The notes under the pieces: model-generated
What the model was told of the DNA's origin: nothing
What the model saw: the letters and a program-made list of their open reading frames with translations, nothing else
The model's database searches: none
Assembly: GCA_963815115.1 (NCBI GenBank)
Contig: CAWFFN010000008.1
Span: 64,001 to 128,000, forward strand
Source: an uncultured delta proteobacterium
Lineage (GTDB): Bacteria > Desulfobacterota > Binatia > DP-6
Reading direction: 5' to 3'
DNA: 64,000 nucleotides
Shown here: positions 1 to 8,959 of the stretch, in pieces
How positions within the stretch are numbered: position 1 is the first letter of the stretch
Layout of the letters: every line of letters begins with the position of its first letter
Program-made: the position numbers and the translations under genes

Positions 1-960
1 GAGCGGGAAGATGAATCCGGTGAGCGTGAGCAGGCTGAACGACACCGGCAGGCCGGCGAGGAAGAAGGCGAGGAGCGCGAGCATCGGCAGGCCGAACGCG
101 ACGATGGCACCCGCCAGCACGACGCGCGCACGGCGCCGGCCGAGCGGCGTGGTGCGCGCCCCGAAGGCGGCCGCCGCGATCGATGCCATGGCCACCAGCC
201 CCGCCGCCGCGAGGGCGAGATAGACGGCGTCGTTGACGGCGAGCAGGATCGGGTACGAGCGCCAGAACGCCCACACCTGGATGAGCCCGACGGCCAGGCC
301 GGCGAGGTACAGCAGCACGAGCGGCCGGGTCGAGCGGATCCTGGGCTCGGGGAAGGTGCACGCGAGGTGCAGGACCGCCGCCGGTGTGAGCGACTCCAGC
401 ACGAGTCCGAGCGGCTCGAGCCACCCCGCCGTGAAGGCGTCCACCGCAAGCAGGAGCGCCAGCCCCCAGATGGCGCCGAACGCGAGCAGGGCGCGGCTCT
501 GGATCGACTCCGGCTTGAGATAGAACGCCGCGAGCGCGGCGACCAGGAACGCCATGCCGTTGAGCACGTAGACGCCCATCGTCGCCGCCCAGTCGTGAAA
601 TTTGAGCCGCATGGCGGTCACGGTGCGCGTCGTCGGCTCGGCTCGGCCCTGGAAATCATAGCGATGTGGCGTTCCCGGGGGCTCCGCAGCGACCATCCGG
701 TCGACGTCCGCACGCGTGTGCACCGGGACCCCGTCCACGGCGGCGACGCGATCGCGGTAGGGGACTTCCGCCGCCACGCCGCTCCAGCCCGCGCGCCCGA
801 GCGCCACCACGACGAGATTCTTCCACACCACGAATCCCGGAAAGGTCCGACCGACGTGCGACAACGAACCGAGCGTCGCCGCGCCGCCGAGCAGCGTGGT
901 GACCAGCCCGACGGCCAGGAACAGCCGGGCGTCAGCGGGACGCCGGAAGCGGGCGAGCAT
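1..960 (-). CDS. Membrane sensor protein N-terminal part (TM, PDZ-like periplasmic segment, multiple TM helices); runs off the window edge
   Basis: Not in the ORF track. Manual translation from ATG 960: MLARFRRPADARLFLAVGLVTTLLGG...FPGFVVWENLVV...DRVAAVDGVPVHTRAD...MRLKFHDWAATMGVYVLNGMAFL..., open to position 1 with many hydrophobic helices. Output domain not visible. Confidence 0.75.
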   Translation of the reverse strand, partial: MLARFRRPADARLFLAVGLVTTLLGGAATLGSLSHVGRTFPGFVVWKNLVVVALGRAGWSGVAAEVPYRDRVAAVDGVPVHTRADVDRMVAAEPPGTPHRYDFQGRAEPTTRTVTAMRLKFHDWAATMGVYVLNGMAFLVAALAAFYLKPESIQSRALLAFGAIWGLALLLAVDAFTAGWLEPLGLVLESLTPAAVLHLACTFPEPRIRSTRPLVLLYLAGLAVGLIQVWAFWRSYPILLAVNDAVYLALAAAGLVAMASIAAAAFGARTTPLGRRRARVVLAGAIVAFGLPMLALLAFFLAGLPVSFSLLTLTGFIFPL

Positions 961-2281
961 GCGGCAGCGTGCCGGTGTTGATCGCGAGCCCGCGGCGGCG
1001 CCGGCGCAGGCTCGAGAAGTATTGCAGGTTCACCGTCGCGTAGAGGACCAGGTTCGCGGGCCGGAGCAGCCGCGGGTAGTGCCGCAGCCGCGCCGTGCGG
1101 CGCGCGAACGCCGGCCAGCTGTAGTAACGCTCCTCGAGGTCTCGCACCCCCGCCTCGAGGGCGTCGGGCGCCCATCCGGGCAGATCGAACACCTGGTGCT
1201 GGAGATCGTACAGGCGCCAGTCGCGCGTCCGGATGCGTCCGGCGGCCGCGAGCTTCTCGAACGTCGGCGTGCCCGGGAACGGCGTCAGGATCCCGAACGA
1301 GGCGCCAAACACGTCGGCCTCCTCGCAAAACGCCAGGGTGCGGTCGAACACGTCCGGCCCGTCCTCGTCGAAGCCGAACGTGAACATCGCGAGCACGCCG
1401 ACGCCGTGCGACTGGAGCGCGTCGATCTGCTGGCGGTAGCGCTCGGCGCGGTTCGTACGGTGCTTGTTCATCTCGCGGAGGGATCCCGGGACGACCGACT
1501 CGAAGCCGACCAGCAGCCCCGTCATGCCGCTCGCCACGGCCAGCTCCAGCAGCTCGGGGTCGTCTGCGAGATCGATGGACGCCTCCCCGACCCAGCGCCG
1601 GCCGAGCGGCGCGAGCGCGCGGAACAGGTCGCGGGTGTACCCGCGGTGGATGAAGAGGTTGTCGTCGATGAAGAAGAGCGTCCGACCGTCGAGCTTGGCG
1701 ATCTCCGCCGCGACGTCCGCGACCGGCCGCCGGCGATACTTGGGGTTGATGGTGGACACGGAGCAGAAGCTGCACCGGTACGGACAGCCACGCGTCGCCT
1801 GCACCAGGTTGCGCGTGAAGTAGCGCCGGCCGTCGAGCAGGTCGCGGCGCACGCGGGGATAGCGCGCGAGGTCGGTGTCGTTCCGGCTCACGTAGCGCGC
1901 CCGCAGGGTGCCGCGCTCGACATCGGCCAGCACATCGGCCCACACGTCGTCCGCCTCGCCCACCACGACCGCGTCCGCGTGCGCGGCCGCCTCGTCCGGG
2001 CAGAAGGTCACGTGCCAGCCGCCGAGTACGACCGGGACACCGCGGCTGCGGAAGCGATCCGCCAGCAGGTACGCGCGGTGCGCCGACATCGTGTTCACGC
2101 TGATCGCCACCAGGTCGGGGGTGGCGCTTTCGTCGACCTCGCCGTAGTTGTCGTCCGCGAAGCGCACCGTCCAGTGCGCCGGTGTCAGCCCCGCGATGTA
2201 GGGCATGGTGAGCGTCGGGATCAGGCGCTCGTAGATCGGCGCGTCACGCGTACGCGGCCAGATGAGGAGGAGGTTGGGCAT
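932..2281 (-). CDS. B12-binding domain radical SAM protein
   Basis: CPYRCSFC motif; N-terminal cobalamin-binding segment (LVAISVNT...VVLGGWHVT...VVVGEAD); LTPFPGTP. Confidence 0.9.
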   Translation of the reverse strand: MPNLLLIWPRTRDAPIYERLIPTLTMPYIAGLTPAHWTVRFADDNYGEVDESATPDLVAISVNTMSAHRAYLLADRFRSRGVPVVLGGWHVTFCPDEAAAHADAVVVGEADDVWADVLADVERGTLRARYVSRNDTDLARYPRVRRDLLDGRRYFTRNLVQATRGCPYRCSFCSVSTINPKYRRRPVADVAAEIAKLDGRTLFFIDDNLFIHRGYTRDLFRALAPLGRRWVGEASIDLADDPELLELAVASGMTGLLVGFESVVPGSLREMNKHRTNRAERYRQQIDALQSHGVGVLAMFTFGFDEDGPDVFDRTLAFCEEADVFGASFGILTPFPGTPTFEKLAAAGRIRTRDWRLYDLQHQVFDLPGWAPDALEAGVRDLEERYYSWPAFARRTARLRHYPRLLRPANLVLYATVNLQYFSSLRRRRRGLAINTGTLPHARPLPASR

Positions 2282-2297
2282 CCGCTGGCACCGAGGT

Positions 2298-2313
2298 AAC
2301 AAGAGCCGTGCCA
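2298..2313 (-). promoter_or_regulatory. Possible sigma54 promoter for the radical SAM/sensor operon
   Basis: Minus strand TGGCAC-GGCTC-TTGT; one mismatch at the -12 C; predicted +1 near 2287, just before ATG 2281. Confidence 0.4.
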
Positions 2314-3828
2314 GGGAGACAAGGGACCACGCGCGGCGTCCTGCTCGCTATCCTGGCCGGCGTCCTCCACGGGCTGTGCTTCGCCCCCGCCGGGCTGTGG
2401 CTCCTGGCCCTGGTCGCGCCGGCGCCGCTCCTGGTGGCAGTGCGCGGAGCGACGGCCGGTCGGGCCGCGCTCCTCGGCTGGATCGCGGGCACGGTCGCGT
2501 CGGGGATCGCCGTCACGCCGTGGATGACGACGGCCCTGCTCGACTACTTCCGCCAGGGACCGGCGATCGCGATCGCCTTCGCCACCCTGGTGGGCCAGGT
2601 TTTCCACGCCTTCCCGACGGCGCTGTTCGCGATCGGGGCGAGCCGCCTCGACCGGCTGCCGAGCGCGGTTGCCCGCATCGTCTGCGTCGCGAGCCTGTGG
2701 ACCGCGCTCGAGCTGCTGCGCTCGAAGCTGCTCGTCGGCGCGCCGTGGGACCTCCTCGGCCACGCCCTGTACGCACACCCGCTGTGGCTACAGATCGCCG
2801 ACCTCGCCGGTGTCTACGGCGTGTCGTTCGCGTGCGTCGCGATCGCTGCCGCGCTCGCCGAGCTGCCGCGCGCGCCCCGCCCAGCGCTCGCCACGACTCT
2901 CGTCGTCGCCGGACTCTGGGCGGGCTACGGCGCGGCGCGGCTCGCGCGGGAGCGCGACGACGGTGAGACGGTACGCATCGCGCTGGTGCAGGGGAACGTG
3001 CCGAACGCATGGCGTGCGGACCCGCGTGGCGCCGACGAGGCGTTCCGTGCCTTCGCCGACGCGACCGCCGGCGTCCTGCCCGACCGGCCAGCACTGGTCG
3101 TGTGGTCCGAGAACGCGATCAGCTTCCTGCTCGAGCCGAACGCGCGCTTCGGCGGCGCGATCGCCAGCCTGCTCGGACCCGCCGGCCCCTTGCTGCTCGT
3201 CGGCGGACCGCGCTTCGCGCAGCGCCAGCCTGGCCGTGCCGACTTCTTCAACTCGGCGTACCTGCTCGGCTCGGACGGCGCCGCGCTCGGCACGTACGAC
3301 AAGCGGCGCCTGGTGCCATTCAGCGAGTATGCGCCCTTCCCGAACGTCCCGGTCCTCGGCTGGCGGTTCGATGCTCCGGGCGATTACACGCCGGGACGCG
3401 AGCCGACGGTCTTCCAGGAGCCGGTGCCCTTCGGCGTCCTCATCTGCTTCGAGGCGATCTATCCCGACCTCGCGCGCGATCTCGCCGCGAACGGCGCGGA
3501 GGTCCTGCTCAACCTCTCGAACGACGCCTGGTTCGGCACCAGCGCCGGCCTCGAGCAGCACTTCGCGATCGCTGTCTTCCGTGCGGTCGAGCAGCGCCGC
3601 GCACTGGGCCGGGCGACCAACACCGGCGTGACGGCGCTGGTGGGACCGTCCGGGCGCGTCCTGGCGCGCTTTCCGGCCCGGGAGCGTGGCGCGTGGACGG
3701 TCGAGGCGCCGCGCCGCCATGGGCTCACGGCGTACGCCCGTATCGGCGACGTCTTTGCATGGCTGACGGCGCTCGTAGCCATGGCTGGCGTCGCGGCCAG
3801 TGCCCGCCTCCGGCGAGGTGCGCGATGA
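2308..3828 (+). CDS. lnt: Apolipoprotein N-acyltransferase (Lnt) family
   Basis: TM N-terminus, QGN, WSE, YDKRRLVPFSEY, LICFEA, SNDAWFG, RATNTG: E-K-C nitrilase triad intact. Confidence 0.9.
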   Translation: MPGRQGTTRGVLLAILAGVLHGLCFAPAGLWLLALVAPAPLLVAVRGATAGRAALLGWIAGTVASGIAVTPWMTTALLDYFRQGPAIAIAFATLVGQVFHAFPTALFAIGASRLDRLPSAVARIVCVASLWTALELLRSKLLVGAPWDLLGHALYAHPLWLQIADLAGVYGVSFACVAIAAALAELPRAPRPALATTLVVAGLWAGYGAARLARERDDGETVRIALVQGNVPNAWRADPRGADEAFRAFADATAGVLPDRPALVVWSENAISFLLEPNARFGGAIASLLGPAGPLLLVGGPRFAQRQPGRADFFNSAYLLGSDGAALGTYDKRRLVPFSEYAPFPNVPVLGWRFDAPGDYTPGREPTVFQEPVPFGVLICFEAIYPDLARDLAANGAEVLLNLSNDAWFGTSAGLEQHFAIAVFRAVEQRRALGRATNTGVTALVGPSGRVLARFPARERGAWTVEAPRRHGLTAYARIGDVFAWLTALVAMAGVAASARLRRGAR

Positions 3829-3895
3829 GCCGCAGCGCCTGCGCCAAAGCACCCAAGTCGCGGGCGCGGCGCGCGCGGAAGCACCGGCGCCGGGC

Positions 3896-3911
3896 TGGCA
3901 CCGTGATTGCT
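3896..3911 (+). promoter_or_regulatory. sigma54 (-24/-12) promoter
   Basis: Perfect TGGCAC-CGTGA-TTGCT; predicted +1 at about 3922, the response regulator ATG. Confidence 0.7.
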
Positions 3912-3921
3912 GATCGAGGGC

Positions 3922-4287
3922 ATGGGTCGCAGGATCCTCATCGTCGAGGACGACGACCTGCTGCGCGTGCAGCTGTCCCGTCTCTTCACCGGCCGCGGCT
4001 ACGAGGTCGAGACGGCCGCGTCGATCTCCGCGTTCGTCACCGCGGTGACCGGCAGCCGCTTCGACGCCTGCCTGTTCGACCTCTCGCTGCCGGACGGTGA
4101 CGGCCTCGAGGCCTGGGCAGCCGCCAGCGAGCACCAGCGCGAGGCGACCGCGGTGCTGATGACCGCGTACGGCACCGACCAGGTCGTCCGGCGCGCGGCG
4201 CGACTCGGCGTGCGCACGATCCTCGGCAAGCCGCTCGACCTGCCGACCCTGCTGGCGGCGGTCGGCGGCGTGGGTGTAGCGGGCTAG
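3922..4287 (+). CDS. Single-domain response regulator (receiver only)
   Basis: ILIVEDD, FDLSLPDGDG, LMTAYG, GKP. Confidence 0.9.
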   Translation: MGRRILIVEDDDLLRVQLSRLFTGRGYEVETAASISAFVTAVTGSRFDACLFDLSLPDGDGLEAWAAASEHQREATAVLMTAYGTDQVVRRAARLGVRTILGKPLDLPTLLAAVGGVGVAG

Positions 4288-4318
4288 CTGCCGAGGTCCT
4301 TCGTTAAGTGTCTGCCCG

Positions 4319-4545
4319 TCAGAACGTTCCCTCGACCGACGCGAGCGGACTCCAGTCGGCCGGGCGCACGCCCGAGGCGTTGAGCGACTTGAAGACGCCC
4401 AGGCTCAGCACGATCGACTCGACCAGGTGCACGCGCACGCCGAGCGTCGCGTCGGCGTATCGCGCCGGCGCGACGGGAAGCCGAGGTATGGCCGGTCGGC
4501 GATTCCGCCAGCCGTGACGTGCGACCCGGAGACCGACGTCGGCTC
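4319..4545 (-). pseudogene. C-terminal remnant of a probable outer-membrane beta-barrel protein
   Basis: Manual translation ...YADATLGVRVHLVESIVLSLGVFKSLNASGVRPADWSPLASVEGTF*: amphipathic strands, terminal Phe, frameshifted, no own start. Confidence 0.4.
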
Positions 4546-4719
4546 ACGCAGGAGCTTGATCAGGCGCACTCGCTCCACGTCCTCCGGTCCGAAGACGTCG
4601 CCCCGCTGTCCGATCAGGGCCAGCGACCGCCAACCTCGCAGGTCGCCTGGGGATTCGCCGGTGCGCTCCGCTAGCTCTTCGATCGACAGCTCGCGCGCCC
4701 CGTGGCTCGGCGTCGTCAT
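4546..4719 (-). pseudogene. Truncated MerR-type HTH fragment
   Basis: LSIEELAERTGESPGDLRGWRSLALI...FGPEDVERVRLIKLLR, then abrupt loss of similarity. Confidence 0.6.
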
Positions 4720-4787
4720 CGCCCGCCGGAGGGCCGTTGCACAGGACTCCGGTCCTGCGGGGAAGCGGCCACCTGTCGCCTGATCGC

Positions 4788-5552
4788 TCACGGTTGCTCC
4801 GCTGGCAGCATTCCCTCAGCCTTCATGCTCGAGATCATGCGGGTTAGGCTCTCCTCGGCGTGATAGGCGAAGTCGACCGGCTTGTGAGCACCCAGGCGTA
4901 GGAGTGTGCGGCGCGGTATCTTCTTCCCGCGCGCTTCGTAGTCAGCCACGTACTTGCGGACCTCGTACGCGATGATGTCCGCAGCCTGGAGGGGCGGGAA
5001 CTCCTCATTTACGCTTGAGGTCACGCTCGCAACTACGTTCCCCCACTTTGGGGCGGTGACCTGTAGACTCTCAATATATCGGTGGGCTAGCGCGGCACTG
5101 TGACATCCCTTGTCGAGAATCAACGCGACGGGTCTCCGCGGTATGCGACCGCGGCTTTGAGCGCGAGCCAGTGTTTCGACGAGACACTTGATGATCCAAA
5201 TGTACGGCTCATGGAGCGGGTGCTGCTCGGAGATGTACGGAAGAACAATGCGCTCAAAGTCTGCCTTGACCACCGCGAACCCGATCCCGAAGCGCACGTG
5301 CTTATCAATGAGTCGCGCAAAACGGTTGAACACACGTACCCGTCGCTTCTCGTCCCAGGAAGCGAACTCACGGACGCGCTGGGCAAAATCGACCATGTGA
5401 AAGCGTGTCAGACCAAATGCCCGTAAGGTCTCTCTCCACTCCGCGCTGAACCGCTCCCAGCGCTGCACGGTCGAGATGTATCCGGCGACCGTGACGTAAG
5501 GGGCCTCCGCATCAGTGCCGCTCTCGTCAAAGACGGCCTGGATCACGAGCAC
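4788..5552 (-). CDS. DUF3800-family protein (RNase H-like fold)
   Basis: FDESGT at the N-terminus, FHM, LQAADIIAY; visibly lower GC than the flanks. Confidence 0.75.
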   Translation of the reverse strand: MLVIQAVFDESGTDAEAPYVTVAGYISTVQRWERFSAEWRETLRAFGLTRFHMVDFAQRVREFASWDEKRRVRVFNRFARLIDKHVRFGIGFAVVKADFERIVLPYISEQHPLHEPYIWIIKCLVETLARAQSRGRIPRRPVALILDKGCHSAALAHRYIESLQVTAPKWGNVVASVTSSVNEEFPPLQAADIIAYEVRKYVADYEARGKKIPRRTLLRLGAHKPVDFAYHAEESLTRMISSMKAEGMLPAEQP

Positions 5553-6218
5553 GCTCCCTGGGGGACCGGCGGGAACGGCTGAATGAAGGACACGCTTTGC
5601 ATACCATCCGGCTCAGGAGGCCATCGTTCAAAGCACTCCCGGGTGCGGCCATGCCTCTATCAGATTCGCGCGCGGGTGTTGATTTTCAACAGAATCGCCC
5701 TTCTCCATGCCCGAGGCTCGTCTCTTTCGACCGCCCTCAACCGAAGTCCGTGTTCTCGCGCCGAACTCTGGAGGTGCCAGCGCGAGTCGCCCAACCCGTT
5801 CGTCGCCGAACAGATCGAGCAACTGGCGGCCTCGCTGTTCACGCGAACCACTCCATCGGCCGCGGTTCGCGACCGCGTGATGTGGTGGACATTCCTTCGG
5901 CTTCTGACGGTATCGAACCTCCCTCATGCGGAAGTCGGAGATCAAGATCAGCGAAGAGCGCCGACTCGCGCACCGAGGCACATCGCTCTCGGAGAAACAT
6001 TCCAAGAACAACGGGGCGGGGCCAACCACCCCCCCAACCACCGCGCGCCAGGGACCCCTTTGACATCCCCGGTCGTCTTCCGCCACGTCCGTAGACGGTG
6101 ACGCCAGGGAGCATAGTTTGATCGAGAGAGGCGAGAAGCGCCACGAATGGACGGCCCGCAAACGAGCAGCCGGCTGGCGCGGGTGGAGTTCCGGGCCGTG
6201 CGCCGCTAGGTAGGGCGG

Positions 6219-6503
6219 ATGGACCCGAAGCTCTTCGCCACCGTGTTTGCCAGCGTGTTTCTCGCTGAGCTCGGCGACAAAACCCAGCTCGCGACCCTGC
6301 TCTTCGCAGCCGACGGCGAAAACCCGAAGCTGACGGTTTTCACTGCCTCAGCGCTGGCTCTCGTGATGACCTCGGGGATCGGCGTACTGGCGGGCGCGGC
6401 CCTGTCCCAGATCGTGAGCCCGCGCACGCTCTCGATCGTCGCCGGGCTGGGATTCGTCGCGATCGGCCTTTGGACCATGTCGCGGGCCTGGTCCGGCGCC
6501 TGA
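6219..6503 (+). CDS. TMEM165/GDT1 (UPF0016) family cation transporter, single-repeat form
   Basis: FLAELGDKTQLAT signature; three TM helices. Confidence 0.9.
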   Translation: MDPKLFATVFASVFLAELGDKTQLATLLFAADGENPKLTVFTASALALVMTSGIGVLAGAALSQIVSPRTLSIVAGLGFVAIGLWTMSRAWSGA

Positions 6504-6547
6504 GCTTCACCGCCCGCGAGTGCGCTGGCGACGCGATCGCCGTGCAG

Positions 6548-6856
6548 GTGCGCGAGGTATCCGTACGCCAGGTCGAGGGCGACGATGCCGAGGACGAACC
6601 GTGCGACCGCCGGCAAGCCGGCCGCGGCCATGAAGCCCGGGGACGCCAGCGGCAAGTACACGGCCGCGACGGCCACGGCGGACGTCAGCACGAAGGCGAA
6701 CAGCAGCGTCTGAACGGTCATGGCCAGGTTCGCCGTCCGCCGGCCCGGCAGCGTCATGGGCCGGGCAAAGAGTGGAACCATGGCTTCGAGAAGCGCGCCC
6801 ACGGCCATGACCGCCAGGACGAACACGACGCTCCCGAGATACTCCCGTGCGCTCAT
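6548..6856 (-). pseudogene. Truncated sterol desaturase / fatty acid hydroxylase family gene
   Basis: LLEAMVPL...RRTANL...IVALDLAYGYLAH; similarity stops at the first His box and the frame runs antisense into the GDT1 gene. Confidence 0.65.
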
Positions 6857-6864
6857 GGCCGATG

Positions 6865-6891
6865 AACACACCGGGGCGCGGTTTCGTTACA
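6865..6891 (-). promoter_or_regulatory. ECF41-type promoter of the desaturase-like gene
   Basis: TGTAACG-N16-TGTT ending 9 nt before ATG 6856. Confidence 0.65.
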
Positions 6892-7834
6892 GGGCCGCCG
6901 GCGTCGGGTCGCCGAACCGGACCGCGGTGAGCTTCCGCGGATTCAGGATGGTGTGGAGCTCGCGGATGCGGCCGTCGGCGTGCACCTCGCAGCGCAGCAC
7001 GAGCCGCGGCGCCATCCGGGGCCGCAGCGGTCGGGTCACGATGACGAGGGCTGGGATCCCGTTGATCCAGCGAAGCTCCGTACGGGAGATGGGTGCACGT
7101 CGGCGGGCGGTCTCGAGATGAAAGCGGATGACAGCGGCCCGTCCGGTCAGCGGCTCGGCCAGTGCCGTGTAGCGGCCGCCGCCGTCCGTCAGCGAGCGCA
7201 CGTCGTCGGTGAGCAGGGCCTCCATCCCCGCGGCATCCTGATTCACCATGCAGAGCAGCAACTTCTCGAGTGCCGCTCGCTGGCGCTCGCGCACGGCCGG
7301 CGACGCGACGACCTCGACGTCGAAGCGCTCGAGCGTGCGGCGCGCGCGGTGGTGCAGCACCCGCACGTTGCCTTCGCTGGCCTCGAGGATCCGGGCCACC
7401 TCGGCCACCGGGTAGTCCAGCACGTCGACGAGCAGCAGCACCGCTCGCGCGCGCGGGGGGAGCGCTTCGAGGGCGACCAGGAACGCGTAGGACACCTGCT
7501 CCGCACACTCGACGGTCCGTGCGGTGTCCGCCGTGGTCGTGTCGGGGACGTCGGGAACCTCCGCCGTTTCCAGCGGTGATGGCAACCAGGGCCCGTGGTA
7601 GCGGCGACGCCTGCGCCGCCGGAGGCAATCAAGGCTCAGGTTGGTCGCAACCCGTACGAGCCAGCGTTCGAGGTCGCCGTCCTGCAGGGAGACGGGAGCC
7701 TCGACCGCACGCGCGAAGGCCTCCTGGACGAGATCGTCGGCATCCGCCGCGACACCGGTCATGCGGTAGCAGAGGCCCAACAACCGGCATTCGCTCGCTC
7801 GGAAGACGGACTCGATCGCCGAAAGCTCCGACAC
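6887..7834 (-). CDS. ECF41 (SigJ-like) sigma factor with C-terminal SnoaL-like domain
   Basis: Sigma regions 2 and 4; GPWLPSP linker; DGGG and NPRKL motifs. Confidence 0.9.
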   Translation of the reverse strand: MSELSAIESVFRASECRLLGLCYRMTGVAADADDLVQEAFARAVEAPVSLQDGDLERWLVRVATNLSLDCLRRRRRRRYHGPWLPSPLETAEVPDVPDTTTADTARTVECAEQVSYAFLVALEALPPRARAVLLLVDVLDYPVAEVARILEASEGNVRVLHHRARRTLERFDVEVVASPAVRERQRAALEKLLLCMVNQDAAGMEALLTDDVRSLTDGGGRYTALAEPLTGRAAVIRFHLETARRRAPISRTELRWINGIPALVIVTRPLRPRMAPRLVLRCEVHADGRIRELHTILNPRKLTAVRFGDPTPAAL

Positions 7835-7845
7835 GGTGGAACTAT

Positions 7846-7872
7846 AACGCGCGAGCCTGCCGAAGCGTTACA
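7846..7872 (-). promoter_or_regulatory. ECF41-type autoregulatory promoter
   Basis: TGTAACG-N16-CGTT, 12 nt before the sigma GTG start; same -35 as 6865-6891. Confidence 0.65.
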
Positions 7873-7947
7873 GCCGGGGGCCTCGCACACTGCCCTGCGA
7901 GGCAAGCCCAAAATGCCGCATCCCGTTCGGGATCTCGGCCTGGGTGG

Positions 7948-7967
7948 GATGAAACACTTGTTGCATC
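7948..7967 (+). promoter_or_regulatory. Imperfect palindrome, candidate ChrB operator
   Basis: GATGAAACA-CT-TGTTGCATC, 8 of 9 arm pairs, AT-rich, about 30 bp upstream of chrB. Confidence 0.5.
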
Positions 7968-7996
7968 GCCAACTCCTGTGTTACAGGCACCCCCCC

Positions 7997-8959
7997 GTGC
8001 CGGGCGAGGACACCGCCAACCGCTGGCTGCTGCTGATCCACCAGCTGCCCCCGAAGCCGAGTAATCTCCGCGTGCGCGTCTGGCGCCGGCTCCAAGACCT
8101 GGGCGCCGTGCCCATCAAGAACTCCGTCTACGTGCTTCCGAACCGGCCCGAGACCCGTGAGGACTTCGAGTGGCTGCGGCGCGAGCTGTCGCAGGACGGC
8201 GGCGAGGCGTCGATCTGCGAGGCGCGCTTCGTGGACGGCCTGCGCGACGACGAGGTCGAGGTGCTCTTCAACACGGCGCGCGAGGCGGACTACCGCGAGC
8301 TGACCGCGGCGGCGCGAGCATTGGTCCAGGTCCGGCCCGCCGGCAGGAAGCGGCGGCCCGACCCGGGAGCGCTCGCCGCCGACGTGGCCCGCCTCCGCCG
8401 CCGTCTCGGCGAGGTCGTCGCGCGGGATTTCTTCGGCGCGCCGGGTCGCGAGGCGCTCGAGGGATTCCTCACCCGCCTCGGGCCCGAGGCGTCGCGGACC
8501 GCCGAGGCAACACCGCTCGACCCGACCGAGCTGCGCGGTCGCACCTGGGTCACCCGCACGGGGGTCCACATCGACCGCATCGCCACCGCCTGGCTTGTGC
8601 GGCGGTTCGTCGATCCGGACGCCGCGTTCAAGTTCGTCCCGGCGAAGGGCTACCGTCCGGAGACCGGCGAGATCCGTTTCGACATGTTCGACGCCGAGTT
8701 CACGCACGACGGCGACCGCTGCACCTTCGAGGTCGTCGTCGGACGGATCGGGCTCGACGATCGGGCGCTGCGGGCCATCGGCGAGATCGTGCACGACATC
8801 GACTTAAAGGAGACCAAGTTCGGGCGCGCGGAAACCGCGGGCGTCGACCATCTGGTGGTCGGCCTCTGCATGGCCCTCCCCCGCGACGAGGACCGCCTCG
8901 CGCGCGGCGGTGCGCTCTTCGACGACCTCTACGAGTACTTCCGAAGGAAGCGTTCATGA
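7997..8959 (+). CDS. chrB: Chromate resistance regulator ChrB
   Basis: WLLLIHQLPPKP...RVRVWRRL N-domain and WVTR...HIDRIATAWLVRRFVDPDA...FTHDGDRCTFE C-domain; start GTG 7997 (alternative ATG 7949). Confidence 0.9.
   Translation: MPGEDTANRWLLLIHQLPPKPSNLRVRVWRRLQDLGAVPIKNSVYVLPNRPETREDFEWLRRELSQDGGEASICEARFVDGLRDDEVEVLFNTAREADYRELTAAARALVQVRPAGRKRRPDPGALAADVARLRRRLGEVVARDFFGAPGREALEGFLTRLGPEASRTAEATPLDPTELRGRTWVTRTGVHIDRIATAWLVRRFVDPDAAFKFVPAKGYRPETGEIRFDMFDAEFTHDGDRCTFEVVVGRIGLDDRALRAIGEIVHDIDLKETKFGRAETAGVDHLVVGLCMALPRDEDRLARGGALFDDLYEYFRRKRS

Noticed and set aside
6090-6218. Possible yybP-ykoY Mn riboswitch upstream of the GDT1-family gene
   Set aside because: Conserved GGGGAGUA-type core and four-way junction not found.
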